A DNA stretch of 64,000 bases, from assembly GCF_963676685.1 (NCBI RefSeq), contig NC_092346.1:6572001-6636000 (forward strand), read 5' to 3'. The translations under genes and the position numbers were made by a program. Within the stretch, counting starts at the first letter, position 1, and each line of letters opens with the position of its first letter. Under the pieces are notes generated by a model. The model ran no database searches, was not told the DNA's origin, and saw only the letters and a list, made by a program, of their open reading frames with translations. Of the stretch, positions 37,198 to 51,900 are shown piece by piece. Source of the stretch: Mytilus edulis (taxonomy: Eukaryota).

Positions 37198-37860
37198 ATG
37201 GGTTCCGTTATAAAATATTTATTAGGACTGAAAAACCCATCTCTTGTGGCTAATTTTCAGAAATTTTGTCAAATAGAAATTTTACCTGGAACTGAGTCTG
37301 AAAAAAAGGATTCTGAGTCTGACTACCTGTCATCCTCATCTCATGACAGTCATGTGCCCAATGGAGATTTACACCAAAGACTTGCCAAAACCAATGGGTT
37401 TGTTCAGAATAATAGCAATAGTGTCATTAATAACGAACACTGTAGTCAAAATGGCTCTATACACTCAAATAATGTTGACCACATGGAAAATGTGCAAAAA
37501 GACTGTATACAATCAGAGGATAAACAAGAGACCAAGTATATTGTGCATAGCAAATTTCTATATTGGACTTTTCGATTGGGAGCAGGATTTGGAAATGAAT
37601 TCTTTTATTTGACATTTTTCACATTCTGCTTATGGAATCTCAACAGCTTAGTAATGCGACAAATGGTCATTATTTGGAACGCCGGAATGTATTTAGGGCA
37701 AGCAGCAAAAGATATAATTGAATGGCCTCGTCCATCTTCACCACCATGTGCCAGGTTAGAGAATAGATACTTGGAAGAATATGGAATGCCGTCAACCCAT
37801 GCGACTGTTGGGGTTATAATTCCCTTTGGACTAATTATTATTGGCCATAGACATTATGAG
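37198..37860 (+). CDS. SGPP: Sphingosine-1-phosphate phosphatase (SGPP1/2-like, PAP2 family), exon 1
   Basis: ATG at 37198, GFGNEFFY, KDIIEWPRP (PAP2 motif 1), EYGMPSTH (motif 2), GT donor at 37861; 221 codons. Confidence 0.93.
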
Positions 37861-40765
37861 GTAACTATAGACAACTTTCAAGTTTGTGCACTTTCCTATA
37901 TAAATTTCCTACATGCATGTCACAATGCATATGTTATTAGGTTACAGTAAGAACATGAAGAACGTTCAACGTGTTCAATGACGTTGTTTTTGCCGATTAA
38001 CATGATTAAGTTGTAAATCATTCATAAAAAACAACTCGAGATCGGTCATGGTAAAAATGTACAAAATGTAGCTATGCATACTTTAAACATGTGTAACTTA
38101 CAAATGTAGCAACCTTAATTGCATGTATTGAGTAAAAGCCCAGAACATCATAAAATGGCCAGCACTTTAGTTTAGAATTTCCTTAACATTATGTCGTTAT
38201 GAACCAATTCAACTACATTTTTGTACAATGAAACATACATTGTGCATCAGTATGTATATATATAAAGACCAATTAGGCAACACATCTTTGTGAACAATAT
38301 CATTACATGTAGGTAAGGTCTAAAAGCCCAAAAGTGGGCTTAGTATAAAAAAAAGTAGCTACAACGTACATGTACATGTACAAGTATTTTGTTTTTATGA
38401 GCTGCTGATTTATATATAATATATAGGTGTCTTCAGAGAAGTGTCTATTTTTCTTGATACATAACCTACAACTGCAACTGTAATGTGTTTTTCTAGGATG
38501 TGGAAATTTCTTTTCACCAATTGTCATGGAGTCGATTCTTAAGTTGCTGAAATGTCTAAAGAAAACGTGCTAAAAAACACATTACCTCCAGCATTTGTAC
38601 ATGTTCTTACATGTACAAAATGTACAATATACATGTACTTTACATAAATTTGTAATGAATTAAATATTACAGGTCAAAACATACATATGTACATGTATGC
38701 TACAGTTTCATTTTTTAATTACTCAATGTCCATGATGTCTGTTGCAGATTTACAAAATGTATACATGTTACAAATTGTATGTATCAGAAAACAAGTTATT
38801 AATCATACTACATGTACATGTACATTTATATAAATTTTGTTTAGAGGCCAGCTGAAGCCCAACTCAACATGCTCAAGGTGTTGGATTTTCTTGCTGTGTT
38901 GAAGACCCATTGGTAGCTTTCAAGGCCTTTTTAGGGCCTTTGGTCAGATTAATGTTGTTTCTTAGACCCATTCTCCATTTCCATTCTCAATTTTAAGGCA
39001 ACTACAATGTGTACTGATCTTATTCTTGATTTTTAACATTTTCAAAGGTCTTCTAAATGAACATTGTAATTAAAAGACCTGTCAAATTAGATGCAAAGTT
39101 GCCTGTAAAAAAACCATGGTCCTCAGGTCCTAGATTGGATTTGACCATCATGATGTTTATGATGTTGGAGTCTCATTATTGTTTGAGGAAAGATTTCTTC
39201 AGTCATTTGTTTTTCAGTGTTTCTTAAAAATAGCACTAATAAATCATGTTCAATGATGTAGACTAAAGATTGTTCAGTGAATGGGATAAGACCATTGGTT
39301 TTCCAGTTTGAATGGTTTTACACTAGTAAATTTTTTAAGCCCTTTATACATTTTGTAGCTTGCTGTTAGTTGTGAGCCAAGGCTGCGTGTTGAAAACTTA
39401 ACTTTGACCTATAATGGTTTACTTTTACAAATTGTGACCTGGATCATGTGGATAGAAGGTTGTCTTGTTGGCACTCATACGTCATCTTCTTAAATATCTA
39501 ATTTATAGATATTTAAATTTCATTTCATGGCTCAAAATTTCTTCAAGCCTTCAAAAAAAAGATTAATTTTTGTTGAAAATTCAAATGCATAAATTCTTTG
39601 TTGACTTGTGACCCATCAAATCCCCAAAAATTGGTATCCCATGAAAAATAAGGAATCAACAGTCATGACAGTCCTGCATCATTATTTTGATATACTGTTG
39701 TAGAAAATCTTAAATAAAAAGCAGAACACTGACTGTCATGACTGGAGAACAAGATTTCCCACTTGTTGAGGAAATAACAGAAAGTTTTGTCATCCACTAT
39801 ACCTAAAGGGTTTAACATCCTCTTCCTATAATAATGGAAATTACATATAGTTTTCTGATTTGTAATGCAATCACAACAAATCTCCTTATTTTGATATTCA
39901 AAGAAACCAAAGTAAAAGATTGCTTGTTAATTCAATTCAAAACTGGAAAATAAATACTGAACGGTCTGACCCAAGTTTTAAATGCAAGACAAACAAACAA
40001 AGAATTATGAAGAAAGTAAGGCAGTCACACATGTTATGCATGTAGAAAATTTTCTTTCATGGGTTATCGGTATGTCCATACATAACAATATTAGGTATAC
40101 ATGTTCTAACATTAAATGTGAAGGATAAACTCTCTGAAGTGTAGCATGCTGTAAGAGTACAAAATCTTCAGGAAAAACTTTGTCACAAAATATTCATAAA
40201 AATTAGTAGTAATATTTCAAACACCCACATGGGGGATGATACAATGCACTTGTATAAGTACAACATATGAATAGTACTAGGAATTAAATGTGAAATAATG
40301 TCAACATAATTTAAATGCCACAGACAGTATTAGCATTTTTATCATTGTGATCAATATGGTGAATTTTAAACCCATGATTGATCAAATTTTATTGATAACA
40401 ATATATCGATGTTTTGTCCTTGGTGGTTCTTTATACATGTATTTGCTTTCTTTGAAAAAAAGAAGTGCATGAATATTTTATTCAGGTCATACCCTCTCTT
40501 TTGTGTTACAACTGACACAATTTTTGATAATGAAATAAAAAGTAGGAAACCAATGTAGAACCCTAGTTTACAGACACTTAATATACATATTTTATACCTG
40601 TAGACAGTTGACATAGATTTTGTACAAATGTATATATAACTGTGTATACAAACAATATAAACAATTGATATAGATTTTACATATAGGTTAGCATAATTAA
40701 TTTAATTTTCCATTTGAACATGTTATAAACCACTTTCAATAATTGATTGATACTTGAGTATATTT

Positions 40766-41615
40766 AATAGTTATCCCTTAAGGACGCGGTGTGTCAGTGT
40801 AAGATCACCCCGATGGCCGGAGGCCAGAGGGTGATCTAACACTGACACACCAAGTCCGAGTGGGATAACTATTTTACATCCCAGCTGTTTTAGATTAGAC
40901 GAAAAAACATTTACAATTCATAAAATCTAGTTTAGAACGCCACACAACCATTAAAAAATACTTTCTATATTACTTTATGATGTATACCCGTTATGACCCC
41001 AAAACACGATGAGTAGATATCAAACAATATCAACTCGCCCCACTTGCCAATTGGCCCACACTGTATCGCCACTTTATAAAAAAAAATCTCCCCACTCTTG
41101 TTTACCGACTCGCCCCACTTTTGAAAAAGTGTAAAATTAAATTGAACAATCAGTCTGAAAACTCACTTATTAACGAAAAAGGTTAAAACCCCACTGAATA
41201 AAGGTATGACAACTCGCCTCACTTAGAAAAAGATATTGCTTCCTTTAAGTATGTCAAATTACTATTAGTTCGTATCCAGTCGTCCTGGTTTAGTGGTATG
41301 TGTCGTGGCTTGATATGCTAAAGGTCTTGAGTTCGAATCCCAGCATATACACTGGATTTTTTCTACGTGAATTTTGATAGATAGACTGTTCCGTGTAGTT
41401 GTATGTTTAATTATAAGTTTTATAGTGGATTTGACATTCCCGCCAAAATGTTACAGAACAAAGGAAAGCATGCATAACAAAGAAACTCAAACTGGGGTGA
41501 TCTGGTAGGGGTGATCCGGCTCAGATCACCCCTGTTAGAACAAAGGAGCTGGGATGTAAAAATAGATATCATCAGGCTGTCTGTGGGTGATGACCAACTT
41601 CTGTTCACACAAAAT
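40766..41615. repeat. Fold-back element with ~108-bp palindromic head (40766-40873) and a probable nested insertion
   Basis: aatagttatccc...gtgtgtcagtgt.agatcaccc / gggtgatct.acactgacacac...gggataactatt; ctattttacatcccagc recurs inverted near 41550. Confidence 0.55.
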
Positions 41616-42828
41616 TAATCATGATATATATACAACATAATATTTACAAACAGGGTCAAGGATTAAAGTCTTCTATTAGAGTATATAATAACATTATATA
41701 TATATATAAATTGAAATTATAATCATGATAATACATTTTAGTCCACAGAAGAACATGTATAAATCTGCTTTTGCAGTTGGGTGCTCTGGAATTGGGTACA
41801 TGTACATGATGTGAATATCGTTTTTGTCAATTTTAGCCTAAAATATTAAATTTTCTATGCTTAAACCACATTATCAATTTTGGGAATGTACATGAATCAC
41901 CTAGTTTCAAGTAATTTTACTATCTCTGATCGATACAAACCCTTATTTTACTACATTTGTTCATGCACATCCATAATGATATTTTTTATAAATAAGGTTG
42001 TATCAGAGTTGGTAGATTCACCTAAAACTACATATGTCATGTATGTAGGTGAGGCATGCACATTAGTGATAGATACATACATGTACATGTACATGCTTGT
42101 TGCTACTTTACATGACAGTATTTGTCATTAGCTGGGCCAGATGGGCAGCGGTAGAGATCTCTAGAGTTCTCTGTCTATTCCCTAAATGCAGTGTTTACTA
42201 ATTATTGGTCCTGAATTGTGCTAGATAGGTTTCTATAGCTAAAGGGGTTCCCTATTTTGCTTATGTGGAGTTTTTACTGAATTTGGTATATATCAAGTTC
42301 GTAACCCTTAGCTAGCAAAAATGCCATATATGTAGCTTCATAATGGACATGATGGAGGGGAACTTCCCCTAAGCCCCTTTAAATTCACCTCTGGTATACT
42401 GTAAATTCAGAAATTGTTGCATGGCGTCAGAGTTGTAAACACAATAATTTAAACTCGCATTTTCAAATATTTTGTATGAATTAAACAGGATTTTTCTCAA
42501 ATTTGTAAAATTAAAATCACCTTTAACTCTAAAATGACAAAATCGCAATAATAAATGCACACAATATTTTCAAAATTTTAGAGTATATTATCAAGTAATT
42601 TCAACAGTTCCACAAAAAATAGAAAATTTCAAACAAAAACAACTATAGGAAACAACATTGATTAGGTCAAAGACTCTAAGGTGATATTGACTTCTCAAAA
42701 ACTGTAGAGTACATGTATGTTTAGTTAGAAACAATGTGTTTATATGAAATTGAATGTTTTATAAATTTATGTTATCATAGTTGTAAAAGTTAAAAATAAT
42801 CTAATTGCATGTGTTGTTTTTTTTTCAG

Positions 42829-42918
42829 TTTGATTTCCCCCTTCCATTAATAGTTGCATTTTTTTGGGCAACAGTTTGTGGACTGAGCAGAATTTATTTG
42901 GGAATGCATTCAGTTTTG
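42829..42918 (+). CDS. SGPP: SGPP exon 2 (not in the ORF track)
   Basis: tttttcag acceptor, 90 nt FDFPLPLIVAFFWATVCGLSRIYLGMHSVL containing PAP2 motif 3 (SRxxxxxH), gtaagt donor. Confidence 0.93.
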
Positions 42919-44702
42919 GTAAGTTTCTGGTCAAATAACAAGTAATAAAATAAGTAGTTGTGGTATGATTGTCAATGAGACAACTATCCACCAATTTGAA
43001 AGTTAAAATGAAGTGGATGTAGGCAATTAAAGGCAACGGTATGGCCTTCAGAAAAATTCCGATATGGTATAGTTGCCTATAAAAGGCCCTGACAGGAAAA
43101 AAAAAAGAACAAGTCAACATGTTCAACTGAGAAAACTAATTTTATGAAAAACAAATATGATGGACCTAAACCAATGACAACAGCTGAACTACAGGCTCCT
43201 GTCTTTGGCACATAAAGAATGTTGCAGGGATAAACATGTATGTGAGTGGTCAACCCTCCCCTTTCATTATTATTAATATTGTGTTAGGAATCCAAAATTA
43301 TTAGACAGCAATAATTAATAATAATGGTGTAATTTTGTATATGTTTAAAAAGAAGAATAAAGTAACATACTTTCCCTTATGAATAAAAGAATGAGTTGGG
43401 AATTCGCCAGTGAGAGAGCATAAAGTACCTGTGCATACATGTATCATATGCAGCTTCTATACATATTCTGTCACAGTGTTTGTGAGTTCCAACCCTGAAC
43501 ATGGCAGGTGGGAATGACTCCAAACAAGATAGAGTAGTTTTCTAGCCTAGGGTTACTTTTTCTCTCCTTGCATTCTGGCTTCCCTCATCAATAAGAAACC
43601 ACCAAATATTCAAAAGTAGTGTAAAACACCAATAAGGAAATGTGGTATTATTTTCATTGAGACATGCAAACACATGTCTGTTTGGTTTGTTGGTGTTGTT
43701 AAGTTACTGCCTTATGACACCATATAGTTTGCCTTATAATTGTAATAGGATACATGTGAAAGCATAAGAATATAGTGTGCCAATGTAGATTTAGGACCCT
43801 AGTTGTGTGTGGCGTTTTATACATACATGAAATGATTAGTGTTTGTTCATGAGAGGCTTTAATAATTAGCATAATTTTTGAACAATTTAACATAGATAGG
43901 AAGATGTGGTGTGAGTGCCAATGAGACAACTCTCCATCCAAATAACAATTTAAAAAAATAAACCATTATAGGTCAATGTACGGCCTTCAACACGGAGCCT
44001 TGGCTCACACCGAACAACAAGCTATAAAGGGCCCCAAAATTACTAGTGTAAAACCATTCAAACGGGAAAACCAACAGTCTTATCTATATAAATAAACGAG
44101 AAACACTTATAAACTACATAAACAGACGACAACTACTGTAAATTAGATTCCTGACTTAGGACAGGTGCAAAGATTTGCAGCGGGATTAAACCTTTTAACA
44201 TGTTTAATGGTACCAAACCTTCTCCCTTTTTCTGAAACAATAGCATAACATCACAACATAGAAAAACACACGATAAAATATCAATTGTCAGGCTTAACTC
44301 AATCAAAAAACGTAAATTAATACATTATGAACGAATAAATTTGATCTGTGATATCTGAATGCAAATGCACAGTTAATAAAATATTAGGGACAAACATTCA
44401 AGGCCAAAAACCAAACAAACAAGTCCAAAAAAAGCCATGGCAAGACACCACTGCGAAATATTTAACCCTTCGAAGTTTTCACTTTTGTTTTAATAATACA
44501 GGTTAATCTTGAAGTTTATACAAATGAAGTAAGAGAGAATTAGAAGATATTCCAAATAATCAAAGCTGGTATATAGACAAGATCCATATTACATGTATTA
44601 ATATAAAATATGCCTAGAATTTTTCTCTACAATTATACACAATTGCCATACCATTGACTTTTGACTATTTAAAAGTCTGTAAACATTTGTATTTGTTTTC
44701 AG

Positions 44703-45278
44703 GATGTCATTGTTGGAGCAGCCATTGGAATAATCCTGATCCCACTCATGTTACCATATGTAGAAGCCCTGGATAATTTCCAGGTTACCAGCATGTATAG
44801 CCCTCTAGTTGTGGTGGGAGGAGAAATATTTTTATTGTACATATACCCAAATGCAACAATTTGGAACACAGCCAAGGGGGATACGGCTACAGTGGTCGGC
44901 ATCGGAGCAGGTATAGCGGTTGCCACATGGTTGAACTATCAACTAGGTTTTATGATCCCGTCGGAGGTGGCTAAACCATATCATATACCATCGCTATTTA
45001 CAATAATTTCAATGATACCTTTAGCTGAAGTCAGACATTTAATAGGTATCCTAGTTCTAGTCATTACAAGGGCTGTTGCCAAGCCAATCACTCACAAACT
45101 ATTCTGTCTATATTATAATGTAGATAGCAAAGACGAAGAAACACAGAGGAAAATAGGCATGGAAAAACCACAAAAATTTGTTGCCTACTTTTGTGTGGGT
45201 TTCGCCGCTATATTTATAGTCCCTAATCTGTTGCGGCCTTTGGGCTTAATGAGAATGTCATTTTATACAGAAATGTAA
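44703..45278 (+). CDS. SGPP: SGPP exon 3 (terminal coding exon)
   Basis: ttttcag acceptor, DVIVG... completes motif 3 (HxxxD), multiple TM segments, TAA at 45276-45278. Spliced protein is 442 aa. Confidence 0.92.
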   Translation, partial: DVIVGAAIGIILIPLMLPYVEALDNFQVTSMYSPLVVVGGEIFLLYIYPNATIWNTAKGDTATVVGIGAGIAVATWLNYQLGFMIPSEVAKPYHIPSLFTIISMIPLAEVRHLIGILVLVITRAVAKPITHKLFCLYYNVDSKDEETQRKIGMEKPQKFVAYFCVGFAAIFIVPNLLRPLGLMRMSFYTEM

Positions 45279-45589
45279 ATGTGTATTGAAACAGTGCAAT
45301 CAATTAGTTTGTGTTTTTATTTTTTACTTGTAGACTTAGCTGTTTATATATTTGCATTAATTTTTTAATGTTTTATAATTATCTAGAGCCCTGATATTAA
45401 TGCATGATTAATGTTGGACTACTGTGACTACCCTTATAGGAATGATCAAACTGTGGATTCATTTATTTGTGGATTCAGGAAAATTTACAATTGTGGCTAA
45501 AAGTAAATTAATTTAGTGGTTCACCTTTATCATGTTTACCAGCAAAATCCATAAAAAGAGGACTCTCATGATAAATAATAAATCCATAC

Positions 45590-48500
45590 TATAAGTTGTT
45601 TAGCTTTTCCTGGGTAATCCACTAACAATTGATATCCCCTGAAAAGAATGCACATTGTACAAATGTTGTATTAGACGTAATGGCTAGCACCATTTGATAC
45701 TTATATTATACCCTGACAGAAGGGTTTCATATTCAAATTTGTTAAAGAAATTTTACCTCATCTGCACCAGTTGTGGTACAAAGTCCATTTAATTTAGAAT
45801 AACGATGATAAAGACAATAATCAGACTTGAGGTACAATTTCACAGATAATCTCTGAAATTTTTTTGGAGAACCAATTTAAAGTGGATTGACATGATTGAA
45901 GAAAATTTTCTTTGATGTCCTGGTTTTGCAAATATAGCCTTAAAAAAATTGTGTACGTCCTTTATCAATTGAATTCATAGTTCACCTTTTACCCTCCATT
46001 TCTGTGAAAATAGGGTATCATAGGAATAATAAGGAATCCCCAGAACAAGTAATTGAAATGGTGATTTATCATTTTGAAAAATTTTGGACGAGCTAAAAGG
46101 GAGTTTTCTATGTTGAAAACACTCAAATGCTGCATGCCCAAGGCCAGTATATTCATGTCATGTTTTAATAGGATTTATGACTAGTAAAATTAAATTCATT
46201 TTAATTCATCAGATCAAGGATTTCATACAAAGTATCTGTTAATGATCCTTTGTAAATTATTGTATATACTCAACACAGTACACACAAGTGTAGTAGAGCA
46301 TTGAACATATTTTTCATAAATAAAGACTTATTTTTAGAATATATGATAACGGGATACTTTGTATAATTATAAGTTATTTTTCAAACATGAAAAAGTACTG
46401 TAATGAAATAAAAAAATTAAAAATAAATTGAAATCCCAAATTCAAAGTTCCATTTAAGAAATTTCTGTTTTACAATAACAACATGAAAGAGCTAACATAA
46501 AAGTCTTCAAAGTTAAACAGAAAGAGATCATTTTCCTGGTAATACTCAACAAGTTCATGGTTACCTGGCTTGTACAATGAATTGGAACAGTTATGTGATA
46601 TTAATCAATTTAAAATGATCTGGTTTAAAGACCTTCAAATAGTACTACCTGAACTTTGAGTTTAGATTATTACAAAAACTGTTTTAAATTTCTTCCTGTT
46701 ATTTAATAAACTTATATAAGACAGTTGAGTAATTTCTTTGTAAAGGTAACGTTCTTTCAATGAATACTTCCTTTCAATGCTAAGTAGCTTGATTTGATAA
46801 TTTTTTCAACAATATATACATGTACAAAACTGTCACAAATACTATGAAAATTTTATATAAAATCATAAATAAATATACACATGTATCAAACTGTAATATA
46901 CTGTGATAATTTTTATGTTTAAATTCATGAAGAACTAGATACTGGTATAAAATTTTCAAAAATTAATTAAATCTGGAGGTAGATGCTGGTTATTCAAAAA
47001 TTTGATTATTTTGTGAGCCATTTTTATACTACATTCCTTCTGTTCTGATAGCAATTGATATTTCACACTGTCCTTTTTCTAGATGTGTCAATTGTTGACT
47101 TAGATTTTGTTCAATAAATGTGATATAATGTTTCTCATTTGTGTATTATATACATGTACATTTGTACCATGACCTCATAAACTTGATCACATGCTTAATC
47201 CTGAAAAAAAATAAAGAACTGCATTAACATTTATAAGTTATTTTTTATGTTGCTTGTACTTATAAGGTCATATATATTTAACACAAAACACATTAAATTA
47301 AATATTAAAATATATTTTCCTCAAGTAACTGTAAGATGTATTTTACATTTTTTTAGTCTGGTTGCTGTCTAATAGATATATAATTAACTATACAACCCAT
47401 TTACTTGGCACAATGGTGCCATTATATGTATTTGAATATCATGCATTTGTCATGCTTTAATCATAATATCAGGTAAAATTGCTATAAGCACCCCCTTCAA
47501 AATTAAATGGATCATTCTGTTTTCAAATAAAAAAAAAATTATATTGAATATCTCTGTCATAAAAGTTAATGTCACCTTGGATTTTAAATTGGTTTTATTC
47601 ACCCAATGTACTGATAAAAAGTTACAACAGGTGAGGTACTATGGGCTGACTTTAGTAACCCAGTTTTGTAATCAAAACTGTTATAAACTTTGCACATGGT
47701 GTCATTACTTAACTTATTGAACTTTGAACCTTTGTATGTAAGCTTTGATTTGCTATGATCAGGTGATATTCAACACAGGTATTTGCCTCACCTTTGACCT
47801 TTAGGTTATATAACATGACATGATATATTTCTGTGTTATATTGTTATAGATAATAGAAAGTAGGTCTATTGGAAACATCGGAAATCTGATTAAAACAATT
47901 TTGATTTGATTATTGTAAAAACTCATTCATAAGTACATTTAATAAAACCTATTAGAGAAATGTTTTGCATGTCCATAATTCCTAAATATTCATTAGATAA
48001 TTATGCAGTTTGTGATCTTCCGGTGATTATTCCTATAGACATGATAGATATGCATGTGTACATAAAAATTAGGACCATATATATTTGCCTGATAGATAAG
48101 TGTCATGAAACATGGACAAAAGATTGTATTCGACCAATTTGTTCTTGATAAAGAAGAGCCATAAAAAGAAGCATCTCATGAAAAATACTGAATCCACATT
48201 ATAAGTTGTTTATCTTTACCTGGGAAATCCACTAACAATACACCTTATCGCTATTTGTCCGCCATTACTGGATATCACAAAGGTTCCCGTAAAATTTTGA
48301 CGTCATAAAACAAAATATCTGACACCACAATGGAAGAGTGATTGTTGTATGACGTTAAAAGTTCAAGCGGCCGGGTCAGTCGGGATTAGCGATAAGGTGT
48401 ATTGATATCCCCTGAAAAGAATGCACATTGTATTAGACGTAATGTCTAGCACCATTTGATACTTATATTATACCCCGACAGAAGGGTTTCATATTCAAAT

Positions 48501-48992
48501 TTGTAAGAAATTTTACCTCATCTGCACCAGTTGTGGTACAAAGTCCATTTAATTTAGAATAACGATGATAAAGGCAATAATCAGACTTGAAGAACAATTT
48601 CACAGATAATCTCTGAAATTTTTTTGGAGAACCAATTTAAAGTGGATTGACATGATTGAGGAAAATTTTGTTTGATGTCCTGATTTTGCAAATATAGCCT
48701 TTAAAAAAAATTGTGTACGTCCTTTATCAATTAAATTCATAGTTCACCTTTTACCCTCCATTTCTGTGAAAATAGGGTATCATAGGAATAAGAAGGAATC
48801 CCCAGAATATTCCTAAATATTCATTAGATAATTATGCAGTTTGTGATCTTCCGGTGATTATTCCTATAGACATGATAGATATGCATGTGTACATAAAAAT
48901 TAGGACCATATATATTTGCCTGATAGATAAGTGTCATGAAACATGGACAAAAGATTGTATTCGACCAATTTGTTCTTGATAAAGAAGAGCCA
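45590..48992 (+). repeat. Local duplication: A (45590-46045) ... B (47978-48161) A' (48200-48807) B' (48809-48992)
   Basis: Near-identical direct copies read from the sequence. Confidence 0.85.
48239..48401. mobile_element. Short MITE
   Basis: TIR TACACCTTATCGCTA / TAGCGATAAGGTGTA; absent from the duplicate at ~45628; partial inverted relative at ~8435-8555. Confidence 0.75.
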
Positions 48993-51900
48993 GTGTAACA
49001 ATAGTTGTATGGTCAAATTAGACTTGTATCTTTTATGTAACATATAAGCTCCTTATAGAGATTTTATGTATTAATGAGGTCAGGTGATAAATGGACAAAA
49101 GATTATATTTGACTAATTATTTACTGAGAAATAAGAGCTAGTAGACGGACTTAGATGTATCTTTTCCGTAAGAATTAAGCTTCTTATAGAGATTGTGTTT
49201 TGAGGCCATGTGAAATTAGTTCCTTGATTTTTTTCTAACTCATCAATGATGTAAAATTTTAAAATAAGAACAATTTTTTTTTCAAGCATAAAAGTGAATA
49301 ATTGATAAATACACATTACTTTTTTTGGGGACGCCTGTTTGCGTTGAAGGATAAGTTTCTCATAAATGATTTTAAAGAAGAGGTTATAATGAACAAGTAG
49401 TGAACTGGAATTTTATTTTAAAAAGGTATTATTCCATGAAATTATACATGCATATATATATATATATGGATTTAAGGCATTATTGAACATGTTGAATGAA
49501 ATATAAAAAGACCTCTCCCAATTTTTAATTCTTTGAAATAATTTTCACTTAAGAACAAATAACAGACATGAACTATTAAAACATATACATATATTATAGA
49601 ATATATTGATGTAAAGTCTTTCAGTCAGAAGATACTCATTATAAATTCATCATTAATAATTTTTGCTTTGAACCATGTCTTATTTATGGATTTCTTTTTT
49701 ACATGTTTGTTTTGCTATACAAAATGTAAATATATGAAGTAAGACGGGAATGTTTCAGTTTCAGCAAGTATACATTCAAATGTTTGATTGATAAATAGCT
49801 TAACAAGATGGCTGCCATCAAGGTTAATGGAGGCCAGAGAGTTTGTGATAGGAAAAAGGGAGGGAAAACAAAAGCTTGCTTTACGGTTAGATGCTTATTG
49901 TCCAGGTACACATGTTACATCGTAACATGGTAATTTCCAATCAAAACCTTTGTTTCCAATTACAGGGTATATGAAGAGCATATAAGGTCCACTGGAAGAA
50001 AATGTTACCCAACATGTTCACATTATTTTAAAGCCTCCAAGTTTTTGGCAAAGAAATAGCTAATTTTAAAATCTTAAATGTGATCCTCAAAGTTTGCAAA
50101 CAACAGCCTCCTTGCACTTGAGTTAAGCAGGCTATCACAAAACCAAAGAAGCAGTTCATAGATAAATCTGCTTTGTTTGATACCTTGTTTATTGCCAGTA
50201 TTTTAAAGTAAAAAATGCTTGAAGCTTTTCATTACTATCAATTGATCAACTTAAGTCAAACCTATATATAAAGTTCATCCTTGGGACAAGAGAAAATTGA
50301 CATGTCCATGTGATTGAGGTTCAAATGTATAAAGATTACTACAGCGGGACAAGGAGAGTATGACCTGACAAAACAAGTTTCAACTATATGTTAAAAGAAA
50401 TTGAAGTAATTTCATTCTTTATAAGAATTTCCTTCTTCCCAAAGAAAGAAAACCCAGTTGATATTGAGTGTGTTTTTGCTTGTTATGATCTTGACCAGTT
50501 ATTATATATGTATGTGAAAGTCTATTGTATGTAAATTTTACATTGTATATTGTTCAGGCTTATGATTGTACAAATTCATATGGTTAATTCATTTATTTAT
50601 TTTTGTCTCTGTCAAAAAATGTCTCATTGATTTTTCATTCCCAAAATAACCTTGTGTTTATGTCAATTTTTTTATGAAAAGAAAATGAGTTGTTATATTT
50701 AGAATTATTAAAGTCTAACACAGGAAGTAGATATCAGATAATTTTTTTACGGTTTTAAGTGCAACAAAGGAAGTTAACATTGATAAGGCCGTTCTAAATT
50801 ATTTCTAGGTTTAAAAGTTGACACGGCAATACCCGCAATTAAAGGTAGAAGCTAAACAATTTATAAAAAATATTAAATCTGGAAAGAATGACAAAATTAA
50901 CTGTTGAATGACATTACTTTTCATTTTTTAATTTGAATAAAACCCAAGTAAAATAGTTTTTAAATGAAATATAAATGGATTTTTTTGTGTTTTTATGTTT
51001 TTAATATTTAACCTTTTTTTTAAAGTCTAAAAATTGAATTTATTAAGTGACATTTTAAACTATTATGACTGTGTAAACAAGTAATTAGATATAAATAGTT
51101 CGACCTTATTTAAGTTCAACATAATATCATTTTTTCTTTCTTTCTGAACCCTATTATGACAGGATTTTAAACATAGAATTATTTTTGGGTGATAATAATT
51201 ATTAGGTAATAGTATGTGAACCTTATCCTTCATTGTTTACATACAACATTAGTACATATAACTCCCAATATTTAAGTCAATCAGGACACTGACAGGGAAA
51301 AGGACATCCTAAATAGGTTTATATGTTTTAGATCAACATATTTCTTTTCTGTTATTTCTTTTTTTTTTAATTTTTTTTTGGTACATGCAGCATTATGCAT
51401 GATCAGGATAAACAGTAAAATTTTGAAAAGCAAAATAAAATGTCTATATCTTAATGAATTTTGATTGGCTATTTTCCTGCTGAAAGTTTGGGTGTCGCCT
51501 ACCAGTACTCGAGCATCCTCCATTAATAAAATCTTCCCACCATAATAGACAAGAGTGCAATAAATTGTGTTAAACTCCAAAAATCAATCAATCAAGCAAG
51601 TAAACCAGTTACTTTTAAATTGTAAATGTTAGTCTTCAAATGGAGGTTTTTGAATTTTCTGCTAAGCAAGGAGGATAAATGTCTGTGTAAACAAGTCTAT
51701 TATATAATGTATAGCTTGAAAGGCAAAAGTTAAATGACAATTATTTTTTTTTTTGATTTCAAAAGCGTAATAAAGTTGTTAAAATGAGACGTTTTTTAAA
51801 TTTTAGAATTGTGTGGTTTCATGACGGCATTGAAAAAACCAAAGAACATAAAAATGAAATATTAGATCTTGAAAAAAAGATGAGATTAAGATCCTAGAGG

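Noticed and set aside
37861-37950. Read-through of ORF 37156..37950 beyond the exon
   Set aside because: Intronic; the GT donor at 37861 and in-frame exon 2 at 42829 give the conserved SGPP structure.
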